This document shows positions 18,751-28,967 of a DNA stretch of 40,071 nucleotides, piece after piece (the stretch's first letter is position 1; each line of letters opens with the position of its first letter). The notes below the pieces were generated by a model. The model saw only the letters and a program-made list of their open reading frames with translations. It was not told the DNA's origin and ran no database searches. The position numbers were made by a program, and so were the translations under genes. The stretch is from Gammaproteobacteria bacterium (lineage in GTDB: Bacteria > Pseudomonadota > Gammaproteobacteria > JAQSXL01), in the NCBI GenBank assembly GCA_029256685.1, contig JAQSXL010000001.1, forward strand, positions 1 through 40,071, written 5' to 3'.

Positions 18751-19746
18751 TTACTTCACGAGTACCTTATGCGGCTGCCCTGGTTCTTCACGTACCAGTT
18801 TCGGTTCTAAATACCCGGGTAATTTCTCCTGCAACGCCTTCATTAAAGTCAGGGCTGTATTGACCTCGACCTCAAAGTGAGCGGTACCTTGTACCTTATC
18901 TAATACATGCAAATAGTAGGGTAATACCCCTTGTTTAAATAAACGCTCACTTAATGCGACCAAAACCTCCGCCTTATCATTAATACCTTTTAACAATACC
19001 GCTTGATTAAGCAAGGTAATCCCGGCTGTTTTTAATTTTGCCAAGGCGGATTCTACCGTACTATCCACTTCATTGGCATGATTACAGTGTGTAACTACCA
19101 CAAGATTTAATGACAAACTCTTTAGCATGGTCACCAAACTATCGGTAATTCTAGCGGGCAATACTATAGGCATACGCGAGTGGATCCGTAAGGTGGTTAC
19201 ATGCGAAATAGCCGCAATTTTTTGACATAAGGCTTGTAAATAATCATCATTGGCCACGAGTGGGTCACCACCACTTAAAATAACCTCTTTAATACTGCTA
19301 TCGGCTGCAATGTACTCTATCACTTTATCCCAACCGGCTTTACCTGGATTATTAGCGGAGTAAGGGAAATGGCGGCGAAAACAATAACGGCAATTAATAC
19401 TACAGGTGCCTACGGCGGTTAATAACACCCGGCCATGGTATTTATGAATCAGCCCTGCAAGCGGGTTAGACTGCTTTTCTTGTAAGGGATCGCGGCTAAA
19501 CCCCGGGGTTAGCTGTAATTCATCGGCTAAAGGCAAAACCTGGCGTAATAACGGATCGGTTGCATCACCTTTACGCATTCTGGCCACAAAACCACGCGGT
19601 ACCCGCAAGGGAAAACTCGTTGTTGCTTGCCAAGTAGCGTTTAACTGTTTAGGATCAAGCTCGAGCACAGCAAGTAACTCATCAAGCTTATTAATAGCTT
19701 GACTTAATTCAACTTGCCATGCTGGAATATTAACTATCTGAGTCAT
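18751..19746 (-). CDS. epmB: EF-P beta-lysylation protein, lysine 2,3-aminomutase-like radical SAM enzyme
   Basis: Radical-SAM CxxxCxxC motif (CSINCRYCFRR). Length and overall sequence fit the YjeK/KamA family. It is divergent from efp. Confidence 0.9.
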   Translation of the reverse strand: MTQIVNIPAWQVELSQAINKLDELLAVLELDPKQLNATWQATTSFPLRVPRGFVARMRKGDATDPLLRQVLPLADELQLTPGFSRDPLQEKQSNPLAGLIHKYHGRVLLTAVGTCSINCRYCFRRHFPYSANNPGKAGWDKVIEYIAADSSIKEVILSGGDPLVANDDYLQALCQKIAAISHVTTLRIHSRMPIVLPARITDSLVTMLKSLSLNLVVVTHCNHANEVDSTVESALAKLKTAGITLLNQAVLLKGINDKAEVLVALSERLFKQGVLPYYLHVLDKVQGTAHFEVEVNTALTLMKALQEKLPGYLEPKLVREEPGQPHKVLVK

Positions 19747-19812
19747 AATTTTTATGTTTAGCTTAAAGCAAATGCGATCGAAGCTAACGATTATCGTATA
19801 AAAGGGGATGGC

Positions 19813-20382
19813 ATGGCAACCTATAGCACCAATGAATTTAAAAGTGGTTTAAAAGTAATGCTGGATAATGATCCGGCTTCTATTGTAGACAATGAATTTG
19901 TTAAACCCGGTAAAGGCCAGGCCTTTAATCGAGTTAAAATTCGTAATTTAAGAACCGGCCGGGTCATTGAACGCACATTTAAATCCGGTGATACGCTTGA
20001 AGCGGCCGATGTGAACGATATTGACGTACAATATCTTTACAATGACGGTGAGCACTGGCACTTTATGCAACCAGAAAATTTTGAACAATATGCGGCTAGT
20101 GAAACCGTGGTAGCCGATGCTAAGCAATGGTTAAAAGAGCAAGATGTTTGTATCATGACCTTATGGAATGGTGCACCCTTAAGTATTATGCCACCTAATT
20201 TTGTAGTACTGAAAATTATTGAAACAGACCCCGGTTTACGCGGCGATACCTCTGGCGGTGGTGGCAAACCCGCAACCTTAGAAACCGGTGCCGTAGTTCG
20301 CGTACCTTTATTCGTGCCTAATGGTGAATTAATTAAGGTAGATACCCGCACCGGTGAATATGTGGGTAGAGCTAAAGAATAA
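19813..20382 (+). CDS. efp: Translation elongation factor P
   Basis: 189 aa. [15 protein letters not shown]... with the KPGKGQAF loop carrying the modified lysine. Confidence 0.97.
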   Translation: MATYSTNEFKSGLKVMLDNDPASIVDNEFVKPGKGQAFNRVKIRNLRTGRVIERTFKSGDTLEAADVNDIDVQYLYNDGEHWHFMQPENFEQYAASETVVADAKQWLKEQDVCIMTLWNGAPLSIMPPNFVVLKIIETDPGLRGDTSGGGGKPATLETGAVVRVPLFVPNGELIKVDTRTGEYVGRAKE

Positions 20383-20384
20383 GT

Positions 20385-20807
20385 CTACCAAATGGTTTTC
20401 ACAACCTCATACTGCCGGATATGTTTATCCGGCGTGATGATCTTCAAATTATATTCTAGTGCGGTAGCAATAATAATCCTATCGGCTGGATCTAAATGAA
20501 TTTTTGGTAATTCAACTGAATTTATATAAATTCCATAGTCAACGGGTAATACGGTTAAGCCATGCAATTCCACTACACGTTTAAACCATTGCCTAGGTAC
20601 CAAAGGCAATACTAAAGAGCCCTTATGAAACTTGATGGCAATTTCAAATGCCGAAATGGCTGAAACAAATAAATCATTCCCAAATAAATCTTTATTATTT
20701 TTAAATAAACCAGCCTTTTCACCCTCAATTGCTGAAAAAGCATTTCGAGACAGCTGAGTTTGATCTAAACTTAGCCAAAGTAAGCTACAGGTATCGAGTA
20801 AGAACAT
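20385..20807 (-). CDS. vapC: PIN-domain toxin, VapC family (type II TA)
   Basis: 140 aa. N-terminal MFLLDTCSLLWL and C-terminal DPADRIIIATAL acidic motifs are typical of PIN. It sits 2 nt downstream of a small antitoxin ORF. Confidence 0.85.
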   Translation of the reverse strand: MFLLDTCSLLWLSLDQTQLSRNAFSAIEGEKAGLFKNNKDLFGNDLFVSAISAFEIAIKFHKGSLVLPLVPRQWFKRVVELHGLTVLPVDYGIYINSVELPKIHLDPADRIIIATALEYNLKIITPDKHIRQYEVVKTIW

Positions 20808-20809
20808 AG

Positions 20810-21049
20810 CTATCTATATTCCTCTGGCCATTCATCTTCTGTTAATGGTTCGGTGGGATTATAATTTATCTTAGCGCCTTGATATAACTCGGAGTGCATT
20901 TTCAAATGATCAACTTTTTGCTTAATGGGGACAATATCGGCAATGGGCTTACCATGACGGCAGATCCTAACCGTGGTATGATGTTGTTCTATTTCTGCTA
21001 ATAATTGAGATAGCTTAGTTTTCGCTTCGTGTGTATTAACTATAATCAT
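20810..21049 (-). CDS. Phd/YefM-type antitoxin
   Basis: 79 aa. MIIVNTHEAKTKLSQLLAEIEQHHTTVRICRHGKPIADIVP matches the Phd/YefM N-terminal fold pattern, and the C-terminus is acidic. It lies directly upstream of the PIN gene. Confidence 0.8.
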   Translation of the reverse strand: MIIVNTHEAKTKLSQLLAEIEQHHTTVRICRHGKPIADIVPIKQKVDHLKMHSELYQGAKINYNPTEPLTEDEWPEEYR

Positions 21050-21101
21050 AAACAGTCCCCCTTAACTAAACTAAGTTTAGTTTAATTTTTGGAGCTTAGC
21101 A

Positions 21102-22082
21102 ATGCAAGATAATAAAATAAATTGGCAGCCTACCGCTAGCTTAGCTAATCTAAAAAATCGGGCCCAAATTCTAGCTAAAATCCGTGGTTTTTTTGCGGCG
21201 CGTAATGTGTTAGAGGTCGAAACACCTTTATTATCTCATGCTACCATCACCGATCCGGTTTTACATTCTTTTGCTACTTGTTATACAGGACCAGGAGCGG
21301 CTCAAGGAAAAACTTTTTATCTGCAAACCTCGCCCGAATTTGCCATGAAACGCTTGTTAGCTGCCGACAGCGGGTCTATTTATCAAATCTGCAAGGCCTT
21401 TCGCAATGACGAGTTAGGCCGGCATCATAATCCGGAATTTACCATGCTTGAGTGGTATAGGCCGGGCTTTGATCATCACGATTTAATGAATGAAATGGAT
21501 GAATTGCTCAAGCTGATTCTTGCTGGTGAATCCGCTGAAAGGCTAAGCTATCAGCAGGCTTTTTTACGCTATGCCAAGCTTGATCCGCATGATACCTCAA
21601 TATCCGATTTAGAAGCGTGTGCCAATAATGCGGGTATTGAAACCCATCACTTAGCGCTAACTGATAAAGACAGCTGGTTACATTTATTAATGAGCCATGT
21701 GATTGAACCACAGTTAGGTCAGGATAAGCCCTGCTTTATTTATGATTACCCAGCCACTCAAGCGGCGCTCGCCCAGATTCGCCCGGGTAATCCACCCCTA
21801 GCCGAGCGGTTTGAGGTTTATAGCAAGGGTATAGAACTTGCCAATGGCTTTCATGAACTCAGTGATGCCAAAGAGCAATACCGGCGCTTTGCCAACGAAT
21901 TGGAAGAACGAAAATCATTGGGCCTACCTCTGTTACCCATAGATTATAATTTACTAGCAGCACTTGAGCATGGTATTCCCGATTGTGCCGGGGTAGCGCT
22001 AGGCATTGACAGGCTGGTGATGTTGGCATGTAAGGCTCAATCCCTGCAAGAGGTCATTAATTTTCCAGTGGATAGAGCTTAA
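21102..22082 (+). CDS. epmA: EF-P--(R)-beta-lysine ligase (truncated class II LysRS paralogue)
   Basis: 326 aa. Class II aaRS motifs YLQTSPEFAMKRLL and FRNDELGRHHNPEFTMLEWY. The length matches GenX/PoxA. Confidence 0.92.
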   Translation: MQDNKINWQPTASLANLKNRAQILAKIRGFFAARNVLEVETPLLSHATITDPVLHSFATCYTGPGAAQGKTFYLQTSPEFAMKRLLAADSGSIYQICKAFRNDELGRHHNPEFTMLEWYRPGFDHHDLMNEMDELLKLILAGESAERLSYQQAFLRYAKLDPHDTSISDLEACANNAGIETHHLALTDKDSWLHLLMSHVIEPQLGQDKPCFIYDYPATQAALAQIRPGNPPLAERFEVYSKGIELANGFHELSDAKEQYRRFANELEERKSLGLPLLPIDYNLLAALEHGIPDCAGVALGIDRLVMLACKAQSLQEVINFPVDRA

Positions 22083-22094
22083 TTAAGCTCATTT

Positions 22095-23513
22095 TTAGAT
22101 ACCGCAGCTTGACTTACACGCGTTAGTTTTACCCAGTTTAGTGATCATAAACCCCGATAAACTAACCACTAACATCCCCCCCATCAGCATAAGCTCATAA
22201 ACCCATATTTTTCCTAGCTGCAGTTGCGCCGGTGGTAAAAAACCCAACCATAGGGTTATAAAGCAGGCTAAAATCCCCATTCCAGCCACTAACCACATCC
22301 AAATATTACCACCGGGTAACCGGTAAGCTCTGGGTTGATCGGGATACTTATAACGCAGCCTAATAGCGGCTGTAAACAATAACATATAAAACAATAAGGC
22401 TAGCTGTGAAGTTAAGGCGGTCAGGATCCAATATGAGCTGTTTACACTAGGAAATAGCACAAACACCGAACACAGAATGGTAAAAATAACGGCCTGAGTA
22501 ATTAAAATAGCAACCGGAGCACCAAATCGATTCACTCGCAGTAATCCGGTTGGCATAATCCCATCATGCGCGGCAACTAATAAACCTTTAGTCGGTCCAA
22601 AGCTCCAGGTTGAAACACTGCAAATCCCACCTATCACAATGAATAAAGCGACTAAAGGCAAGGCCCAACTCAAATGGTAGGCCTGCAAAAATATGGCAAA
22701 GGCATCCATCACCCCAGCTACTAAACTCAATTGTTTATTAGGCACCACCATCGCAATGGCTAAAGAACCTAGCACTAAGGTTATAAAAATGATAACGGTG
22801 GAATAAAATAAAGCCTTAGGGTAATCCCGTTGTGGATTGCGTACTTCTTCTGCATGGACCGCAGACATTTCCATGCCGGCAAGACCAAATAATACAGCGG
22901 TTAAAAATCCTACGTTGCCCCAATTGGTTAAATCGGGTAGTAAAGCTTTTGTAGAGATTTCAATTTGTAGTGGCTGGCCCTTAATTAACCAAATGAGACC
23001 TAATATAATAACCAGGCAAATGGGCAATAAAGTTCCAAAGATGGCCCCTATTACACTCATCCAACTGGAAGCTCGCATCCCTAAGCAATTGATTAAGGTC
23101 GTCGCCCAATAAATCACTAGCACGGCTATTAACATAAAAATTTGATTATGCGCCAATGCCGGGTCTATAAGATAGGCAAACGTCGCGGCAATAAAAGCCA
23201 GAATGGTTGGATACCAAACCACATTATAAATCCACTGCAACCAAATCGCTAAAAAGGCCAGCTTTTTGCCAAAGGCCTCGCGTACCCAAACATAAACCCC
23301 ACCTTTTTGCGGCCAGCCTGTAGCTAACTCGGCGGCTATTAAAGCACTCGGTACAAAAAAGAACACCGAAGCCAGTACATAATAAGCTATGAGCGAAAAA
23401 CCATATTCGGCGCCAATAGCTAAACTACGTAAGCTATTTACCGCAATCACGTTGATCATCACTAAGCCAAAAACGCCTAGTATCTTACCCGCCGGTCTTG
23501 TTATGTGAGCCAC
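22095..23513 (-). CDS. APC-superfamily amino-acid permease, glutamate:GABA antiporter (GadC)-like
   Basis: 472 aa with about 12 hydrophobic helices. GadC-like blocks: GFSLIAYYVLASVFFFVPSALIAAELATGWPQKGGVYVWV, NPQRDYPKAL, STWSFGPTKGLLVAA, YPDQPRAYRLPGG. Confidence 0.85.
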   Translation of the reverse strand: MAHITRPAGKILGVFGLVMINVIAVNSLRSLAIGAEYGFSLIAYYVLASVFFFVPSALIAAELATGWPQKGGVYVWVREAFGKKLAFLAIWLQWIYNVVWYPTILAFIAATFAYLIDPALAHNQIFMLIAVLVIYWATTLINCLGMRASSWMSVIGAIFGTLLPICLVIILGLIWLIKGQPLQIEISTKALLPDLTNWGNVGFLTAVLFGLAGMEMSAVHAEEVRNPQRDYPKALFYSTVIIFITLVLGSLAIAMVVPNKQLSLVAGVMDAFAIFLQAYHLSWALPLVALFIVIGGICSVSTWSFGPTKGLLVAAHDGIMPTGLLRVNRFGAPVAILITQAVIFTILCSVFVLFPSVNSSYWILTALTSQLALLFYMLLFTAAIRLRYKYPDQPRAYRLPGGNIWMWLVAGMGILACFITLWLGFLPPAQLQLGKIWVYELMLMGGMLVVSLSGFMITKLGKTNACKSSCGI

Positions 23514-23606
23514 ACAAACTCCTTGATTTCTTAAGATAAGCCGCTAACTTAGCCTATTGTTAATGCGTGTCACCAACGCCCACAGCTATGCGAGATAGAT
23601 AAGACT

Positions 23607-24512
23607 TTAGAGATGGCCCGACAAATTACCAAGATGCTGCCCCATGTGTACTACACTGCCTGCTTGCAAATGGGAAACCCAATTCATCATATCGGAAGGG
23701 AATAATAAAATCACCGTAGAACCCAATTGGAAATGCCCCATCTCACTCCCCCTTTGTAATACGATGGCTTCGGTGCCAGTGGAGGGATATTGCCACGTTT
23801 GTATTTCACGTTTTAATCCGGGTGTTAACTCACCCGCCCAAGCGGTATGAATACTATCGAATATCATGGCGACGACTAACACCATGGCCATGGGGCCATA
23901 TTCGGTATTAAAAATACACACCACTCTTTCATTGCGGCTAAATAAACGCGGGATATTACGGGCCGTTGCGGTGTTGACCGAGAATAGCTGCCCAGGCACA
24001 TAAACCATCTCATGCAACGTGCCTGTTAATGGCATATGAATTCTATGATAATCTTTAGGCGCTAAATAAATAGTAGTAAACTGACCATCCACAAAAGGGG
24101 CTGCGCGTTGTTCCGAACCGCCGAGTAATTCATATAAGCTATAATCAAAACCCTTAGCCTGAAACAGTCGGTCAGCTTTAATCTTGCCAAATTGACTTAC
24201 GGTTCCATCGACTGGGCTGGCTAACGTAAAAGCCTCTCGCACAATGGGCCTAGCATCGGGTCTAAGGGTGCGGGTAAAAAAGGCATTAAAACTTTCATAG
24301 GCTAAGGGATCGGGCTGATTGGCCTGACTCATATCAACCTTAAAATGTTTAACAAATTGTTTAATTAACAAATTTTTTAATGCACGAATACGACTGTTCG
24401 CAAGCCCTCGCGCTAAACGAGAAAGCAAGCGTTGCGGAAGCATGTATTGTAAGTATGCAAAGATGCGTTCTTGCCACATGGTTTTAAGATTACTTAAATA
24501 ATTAACAAGCAC
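23607..24512 (-). CDS. psd: Phosphatidylserine decarboxylase proenzyme
   Basis: LGST self-cleavage motif (GHFQLGSTVILLF), plus DYHRIHMP. The start is either GTG at 24512 or ATG at 24479. Confidence 0.93.
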   Translation of the reverse strand: MLVNYLSNLKTMWQERIFAYLQYMLPQRLLSRLARGLANSRIRALKNLLIKQFVKHFKVDMSQANQPDPLAYESFNAFFTRTLRPDARPIVREAFTLASPVDGTVSQFGKIKADRLFQAKGFDYSLYELLGGSEQRAAPFVDGQFTTIYLAPKDYHRIHMPLTGTLHEMVYVPGQLFSVNTATARNIPRLFSRNERVVCIFNTEYGPMAMVLVVAMIFDSIHTAWAGELTPGLKREIQTWQYPSTGTEAIVLQRGSEMGHFQLGSTVILLFPSDMMNWVSHLQAGSVVHMGQHLGNLSGHL

Positions 24513-24866
24513 GCAATTTTAGCATTTATCTAGCCAGGATTAATAGTTATTTTTAGCTAAGAGGTAAATAACAGCTCCCCTTAAATTGCTCACCTGCACA
24601 AGCTAAGGCTATAGTATCTGAAAACTTACGCACAGGGCTTTTAAAAACTTCCAGCATTTGGCTACTTCTATTCGATTTTGGATAGACCCAACTGTAAAAT
24701 TATGCACTAGTATTGATTGGGCACTAAGTGAAATACAGCGGGGAGTAGACTCTATTTATCTTTATGTACTTGCAGGCATGAGCCCATTTGAAGTTGAAGC
24801 TTATTTTAAAAAAGCACTTCGTAAACTCAAGATAAAGTTTCCTGTAGAGCTTACCAAAAAGTTAAT

Positions 24867-24990
24867 AACGCGATGCTCAACTTTTTTTCTAAGAAATAGG
24901 TGGTGTTACAGCGCACGCAGTTTACGAGTACGATAGAGTGACTTAAACGACAGGATCCCAGTCCTTGTTAAAAAAGTTGAGCAGCGCGTT
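24867..24990. repeat. 21-bp inverted repeat (20/21 match) separated by an 82-nt spacer
   Basis: AACGCGATGCTCAACTTTTTT (24867-24887) against the reverse complement of 24970-24990 (AACGCGCTGCTCAACTTTTTT). Confidence 0.85.
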
Positions 24991-25323
24991 AATTACTAAA
25001 GTTCATTACCATACATCTTTTCTAACAAGGGGTTAATAGTTTGGCGATTTTTTAGCCTATCTGTTTGTCTATTTGGGGGGGTAACGATAATGATTGATGA
25101 TTCACAAATATCTGCAGACAACTCATCAGAAATAACCGGTTTTTGCTCGTTCATAATGTTGATTTCCTTTTCTAAAGTAAAGCCTTAAATCCTAGTAGTT
25201 TTTTCCTTAAAACTACTCTATACAAAGCATAGACCATCCCATTGAATTCTGCCAGCAGCTACTACGGAAATTTTTGCAAGTACTTGGCTATATTATGCCC
25301 ATCACTAACCTCTTCTCTACAAA

Positions 25324-26415
25324 TCACACATTAAAGCGAAAATGCATCACATCGCCGTCTTTTACAATATAGTCTTTACCCTCTAAACGCCACTTACCCG
25401 CGTCTTTAGCCCCTTGCTCACCGTTATATTGAATAAAATCTTGGTAAGCTATAACTTCGGCTCGAATAAAGCCTTTCTCAAAATCGGTATGAATACATCC
25501 TGCGGCTTGTGGCGCGGTTGCGCCCGTTAAGACAGTCCAAGCTCTTACTTCTTTTACACCGGCGGTAAAATAAGTCTGCAAGCCTAATAATTCATAACCT
25601 GCTCTAATGACTCTGTTAAGCCCTGGTTCTTCTAAGCCTAATTCGGCTAAAAATTCCGACCTCTCATGATCCTCAAGCTCCACCAGCTCAGACTCAATGG
25701 CCGCACATACCGGAACAAGAGCCGCTTTTTCCTCGAGAGCCAGCTGCTTAACGCTGTCTAAATAGGGGTTATTAGTAAAACCATCTTCTGCAACATTCGC
25801 AATGTAAAGCACGGGTTTTGCGGTTAATAAATTCAACGGTTTAAGTATAACTTGCTCTTCTGTACTTAATTCAAGAATACGTACCGCACTGCCCGTATCT
25901 AAATGTTGTTTTACCCGGTCCAACAATGCAGTTTCAAGTTGCGATGATTTATCACCCGTCTTTGCTTTTTTACTGGCTTTTTGCCAGGCCCGCTCCACAG
26001 ATTCTAAATCGGCTAAGGCCAGTTCGGTATTAATGGTTTCGATATCGCCCAAGGGATCAACTTTACCGGCCACATGCACAATATCGTCATTTTCGAAACA
26101 ACGGACCACATGGGCAATCGCCTCGGTTTCGCGGATATTAGCCAAAAACTTATTACCTAAGCCTTCCCCTTTAGCCGCACCTGCTACTAAGCCTGCAATA
26201 TCGACAAACTCCATGGTAGTAGGCAGTACCCGCTGTGGTTTTACAATAGCGGCTAGTTTGTCTAAACGTGGATCGGGCATGGCCACAATACCCACGTTAG
26301 GCTCTATAGTACAAAATGGATAATTAGCCGCTTCAATACCGGCTTTAGTTAAGGCATTAAACAAGGTAGACTTTCCTACATTGGGTAGACCCACAATTCC
26401 GCACTTAAATCCCAT
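25324..26415 (-). CDS. ychF: Ribosome-binding ATPase YchF
   Basis: 363 aa. [24 protein letters not shown]-loop and a conserved C-terminal TGS-like region. Confidence 0.96.
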   Translation of the reverse strand: MGFKCGIVGLPNVGKSTLFNALTKAGIEAANYPFCTIEPNVGIVAMPDPRLDKLAAIVKPQRVLPTTMEFVDIAGLVAGAAKGEGLGNKFLANIRETEAIAHVVRCFENDDIVHVAGKVDPLGDIETINTELALADLESVERAWQKASKKAKTGDKSSQLETALLDRVKQHLDTGSAVRILELSTEEQVILKPLNLLTAKPVLYIANVAEDGFTNNPYLDSVKQLALEEKAALVPVCAAIESELVELEDHERSEFLAELGLEEPGLNRVIRAGYELLGLQTYFTAGVKEVRAWTVLTGATAPQAAGCIHTDFEKGFIRAEVIAYQDFIQYNGEQGAKDAGKWRLEGKDYIVKDGDVMHFRFNV

Positions 26416-26472
26416 TCTCTCATCCTCACTTCACCCTTTTTATAAGGGAAATTTTTTCACTGTATTCTCTAA

Positions 26473-26527
26473 AATAGCTTTGGAGAGTATTTAAAGCGAG
26501 TTTGTTTAAATACTCTCCAAAGCTATT
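26473..26527. repeat. Perfect 23-bp inverted repeat (stem-loop, 9-nt loop) in the pth-ychF spacer
   Basis: AATAGCTTTGGAGAGTATTTAAA (26473-26495) is exactly complementary to 26505-26527. No adjacent U-tract on either strand. Confidence 0.9.
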
Positions 26528-26554
26528 ACCAGCCATGACTCGCTAACAAAATTT

Positions 26555-27124
26555 TTACCCATGCAATATTCTCATGGCTTTTTGCTCATCGCCCTTTACT
26601 AAATCGGGTAAGGCCATTAAGGCCTTGGTTAATGCAAGGTCAATTTGTTCACGCTCCAGTTTGCCGGGGTTATGTAACACATAATCAACCACCTCACTGC
26701 GCTGGCCAGGATGACCAATTCCTATCCTCAATCGGTAAAAACCATGGGTTCCCAAATGAGCAATGGTATCGCGTAAGCCATTATGGCCACCATGCCCACC
26801 ATCCCATTTAATTTTAGCGGTACCAGCAGGTAAATCCAGTTCATCGTGTACCAGCAAAATGGCTTCCGGTGGAATTTTATAAAACTGAGCTAAGGCTCTA
26901 ATTGCCTGCCCGCTACGGTTCATAAAAGTAGTGGGTAGTAATAAATGGCACTCTTGCCCTTGCAGTGCTACCCGAGCATGTAAGCCGTAAAATTTTTTTT
27001 GCTCAGAAAAATTAACGCCAGCTTGCTTGGCCAAACTTTCTACTAGCCAAGCGCCGGCGTTATGACGCGTATCTGCATATTGTGGGCCGGGGTTACCGAG
27101 GCCCACAATGAGTTGAATAGCCAT
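26555..27124 (-). CDS. pth: Peptidyl-tRNA hydrolase
   Basis: 189 aa. LIVGLGNPGPQYADTRHNAG signature. Confidence 0.96.
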   Translation of the reverse strand: MAIQLIVGLGNPGPQYADTRHNAGAWLVESLAKQAGVNFSEQKKFYGLHARVALQGQECHLLLPTTFMNRSGQAIRALAQFYKIPPEAILLVHDELDLPAGTAKIKWDGGHGGHNGLRDTIAHLGTHGFYRLRIGIGHPGQRSEVVDYVLHNPGKLEREQIDLALTKALMALPDLVKGDEQKAMRILHG

Positions 27125-27150
27125 GATTACATACTCATGAAGAGTATAAA

Positions 27151-27789
27151 CTAGCTCTTTGAAGCTTCAGCCGCTTCCGTACTAGCAGCCGCTGCTTCTT
27201 CCGCTACTGCCGCACGCGGTAACTGAATGTTAACCACCGATAAATCGTGATCGTGGCTTAATGCTACCAATTCGACGCCTTTAGGTAATTTAAGCTCGGA
27301 TAAATGAATAGCTTGGTTAACTTGTAAACCGCTTAAATCAACTTCAATGTACTCGGGTAAATCGTTAGGTAAACAAATAACTTCCACGTCGGTCAACAAG
27401 TGATTAACCATACCACCACCGGTTTTAACGCCTGGAGCAATAGCTTCGTTAATAAAATGTAATGGAACATGCATATGCAGCTTAGATTTAGCTGAAACGC
27501 GTTGAAAATCCATATGGGTAACTTTAGGTTTGAAAGCATGGCGCTGCACATCTTTTAGCACTGCTTTTTCTGCTTTTCCATCAACATTAATGGTCAAAAC
27601 GTGGGAATAAAAAGCTTCGTTTTCTAAAGCCTTTAATACCTGATTATGTTCTAAGGTAATTGCTACAGGCTCTTTTTCACCACCATAAAGAATTCCAGGT
27701 ATTTTATCTTGTAAGCGGCGTAGGCGGCGGCTCGCACCCTTGCCTATATCGGCGCGCTTTTCTGCATTTAATTCAAATATATCGGTCAT
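27151..27789 (-). CDS. rplY: 50S ribosomal protein L25, long Ctc form
   Basis: 212 aa. [17 protein letters not shown] and [12 protein letters not shown] are typical of L25/Ctc. It sits in the conserved rplY-pth-ychF order. Confidence 0.93.
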   Translation of the reverse strand: MTDIFELNAEKRADIGKGASRRLRRLQDKIPGILYGGEKEPVAITLEHNQVLKALENEAFYSHVLTINVDGKAEKAVLKDVQRHAFKPKVTHMDFQRVSAKSKLHMHVPLHFINEAIAPGVKTGGGMVNHLLTDVEVICLPNDLPEYIEVDLSGLQVNQAIHLSELKLPKGVELVALSHDHDLSVVNIQLPRAAVAEEAAAASTEAAEASKS

Positions 27790-28043
27790 AACTCATCTCC
27801 AAAAATCGATTAAAAAATCGCCACTTTCGCGACCAAAAGCGACGAGCTGAGCATTTTACAACGAAAGCCATGAAAAGTCTTGCTTTAGATACAAAATTTA
27901 TGGTTTTCTAGAACCGCTAAAGAGTAGGAGTAGCCAAGTTACCAGGACTCAATTGCTAGGCAAAATTTTCCAAATTGGCTAATATGTGGTTATATCCCTC
28001 ACTTCATCTTATTAGACAATATCAGCCTGACCCTGTACTTAAG

Positions 28044-28967
28044 CTAATTTTTTTGTTGCTGTGTAAAGGTTACCAAAGCAATAGCTATCAATATTAAGCC
28101 TACCGCCGTAGCCGAATAAAGATTCAGCCGCTCACCGAAGATAAACCAGCCCCAAAATAAACCGGTGATAACCACAATCCCACCTACCAAGCTATAATAT
28201 ACCGAGCCGGCTATACGCAGCAGTTCAAATAAAATGACATACCCTAAACTTGACAAGCCAATTTCTAATAATACCGCTAAGTCAGGCAGCGTAAGCGGCC
28301 AATGGAATAGATAAAAATCTTGTTTAGCAAAAACGACGGGCATTAAAAACACACTAGAAGCCATTAGCATGCCGGCCGATAATACTAATGAAGAACTATC
28401 GGCAGGCCGATAACGATTAATATAAATGGCGCATAAGGCAAAACAGACGGGCGTTAATAAGATCAATAACATCCAGGGAAGCATACTAGCAGCAGGCAAA
28501 CTAATGCCCGGAGTTGCAATTAGCATCAGCCCCATTACAGCCGATATAATTCCTAAAAAACGCCAGACTTGAAACTTCTCTTCTTTTAAGGCTAAAGCCA
28601 AGACATAGATCATAACCGGCACAGTATTGACCACCACGGCTAAAATGCCGGATGGTAAATGGGGAGCAGCAAAATACATATTGGTATTAGGTATAGCAAT
28701 CCCTATTGCGCCACAGATAGCAAAATACCAGAGATGCTGCCGATTAAAGTCAAAGGGTAATCGTCGCGCCCAACTAATTAAGCTCACCAAAATTGCGGGA
28801 CCTAAGGATTGCCAAAAGGAATAACCCAAAGGCGGTACCCCGTGCAAGGTAGCGTAACGCGCTATGACATAACCAGAGCCCCAAATTACGCCCAGTAGCA
28901 CTAATAAAATTAAGGCCCTGGTTGATATATTATTCGTGGGCATAACGCGCTCTTGCACCTCTTTCAA
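28044..28967 (-). CDS. EamA/DMT-family transporter
   Basis: About 10 hydrophobic helices in two similar halves. The track start is TTG at 28967, but the ATG at 28943 is a more likely start. Confidence 0.85.
   Translation of the reverse strand: MKEVQERVMPTNNISTRALILLVLLGVIWGSGYVIARYATLHGVPPLGYSFWQSLGPAILVSLISWARRLPFDFNRQHLWYFAICGAIGIAIPNTNMYFAAPHLPSGILAVVVNTVPVMIYVLALALKEEKFQVWRFLGIISAVMGLMLIATPGISLPAASMLPWMLLILLTPVCFALCAIYINRYRPADSSSLVLSAGMLMASSVFLMPVVFAKQDFYLFHWPLTLPDLAVLLEIGLSSLGYVILFELLRIAGSVYYSLVGGIVVITGLFWGWFIFGERLNLYSATAVGLILIAIALVTFTQQQKN

Noticed and set aside
22095-23513. GadC-like antiporter as part of a glutamate-dependent acid-resistance system
   Set aside because: No glutamate decarboxylase or glutaminase gene is adjacent in the window. 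Substrate specificity cannot be inferred from the family resemblance alone.
28930-28967. 38-nt overlap between the TerB-like gene and the DMT transporter gene
   Set aside because: The long transporter start is TTG. An ATG at 28943 (MPTNNISTRAL...) reduces the overlap to 14 nt, so this is probably a start-codon artefact rather than an unusual overlap.
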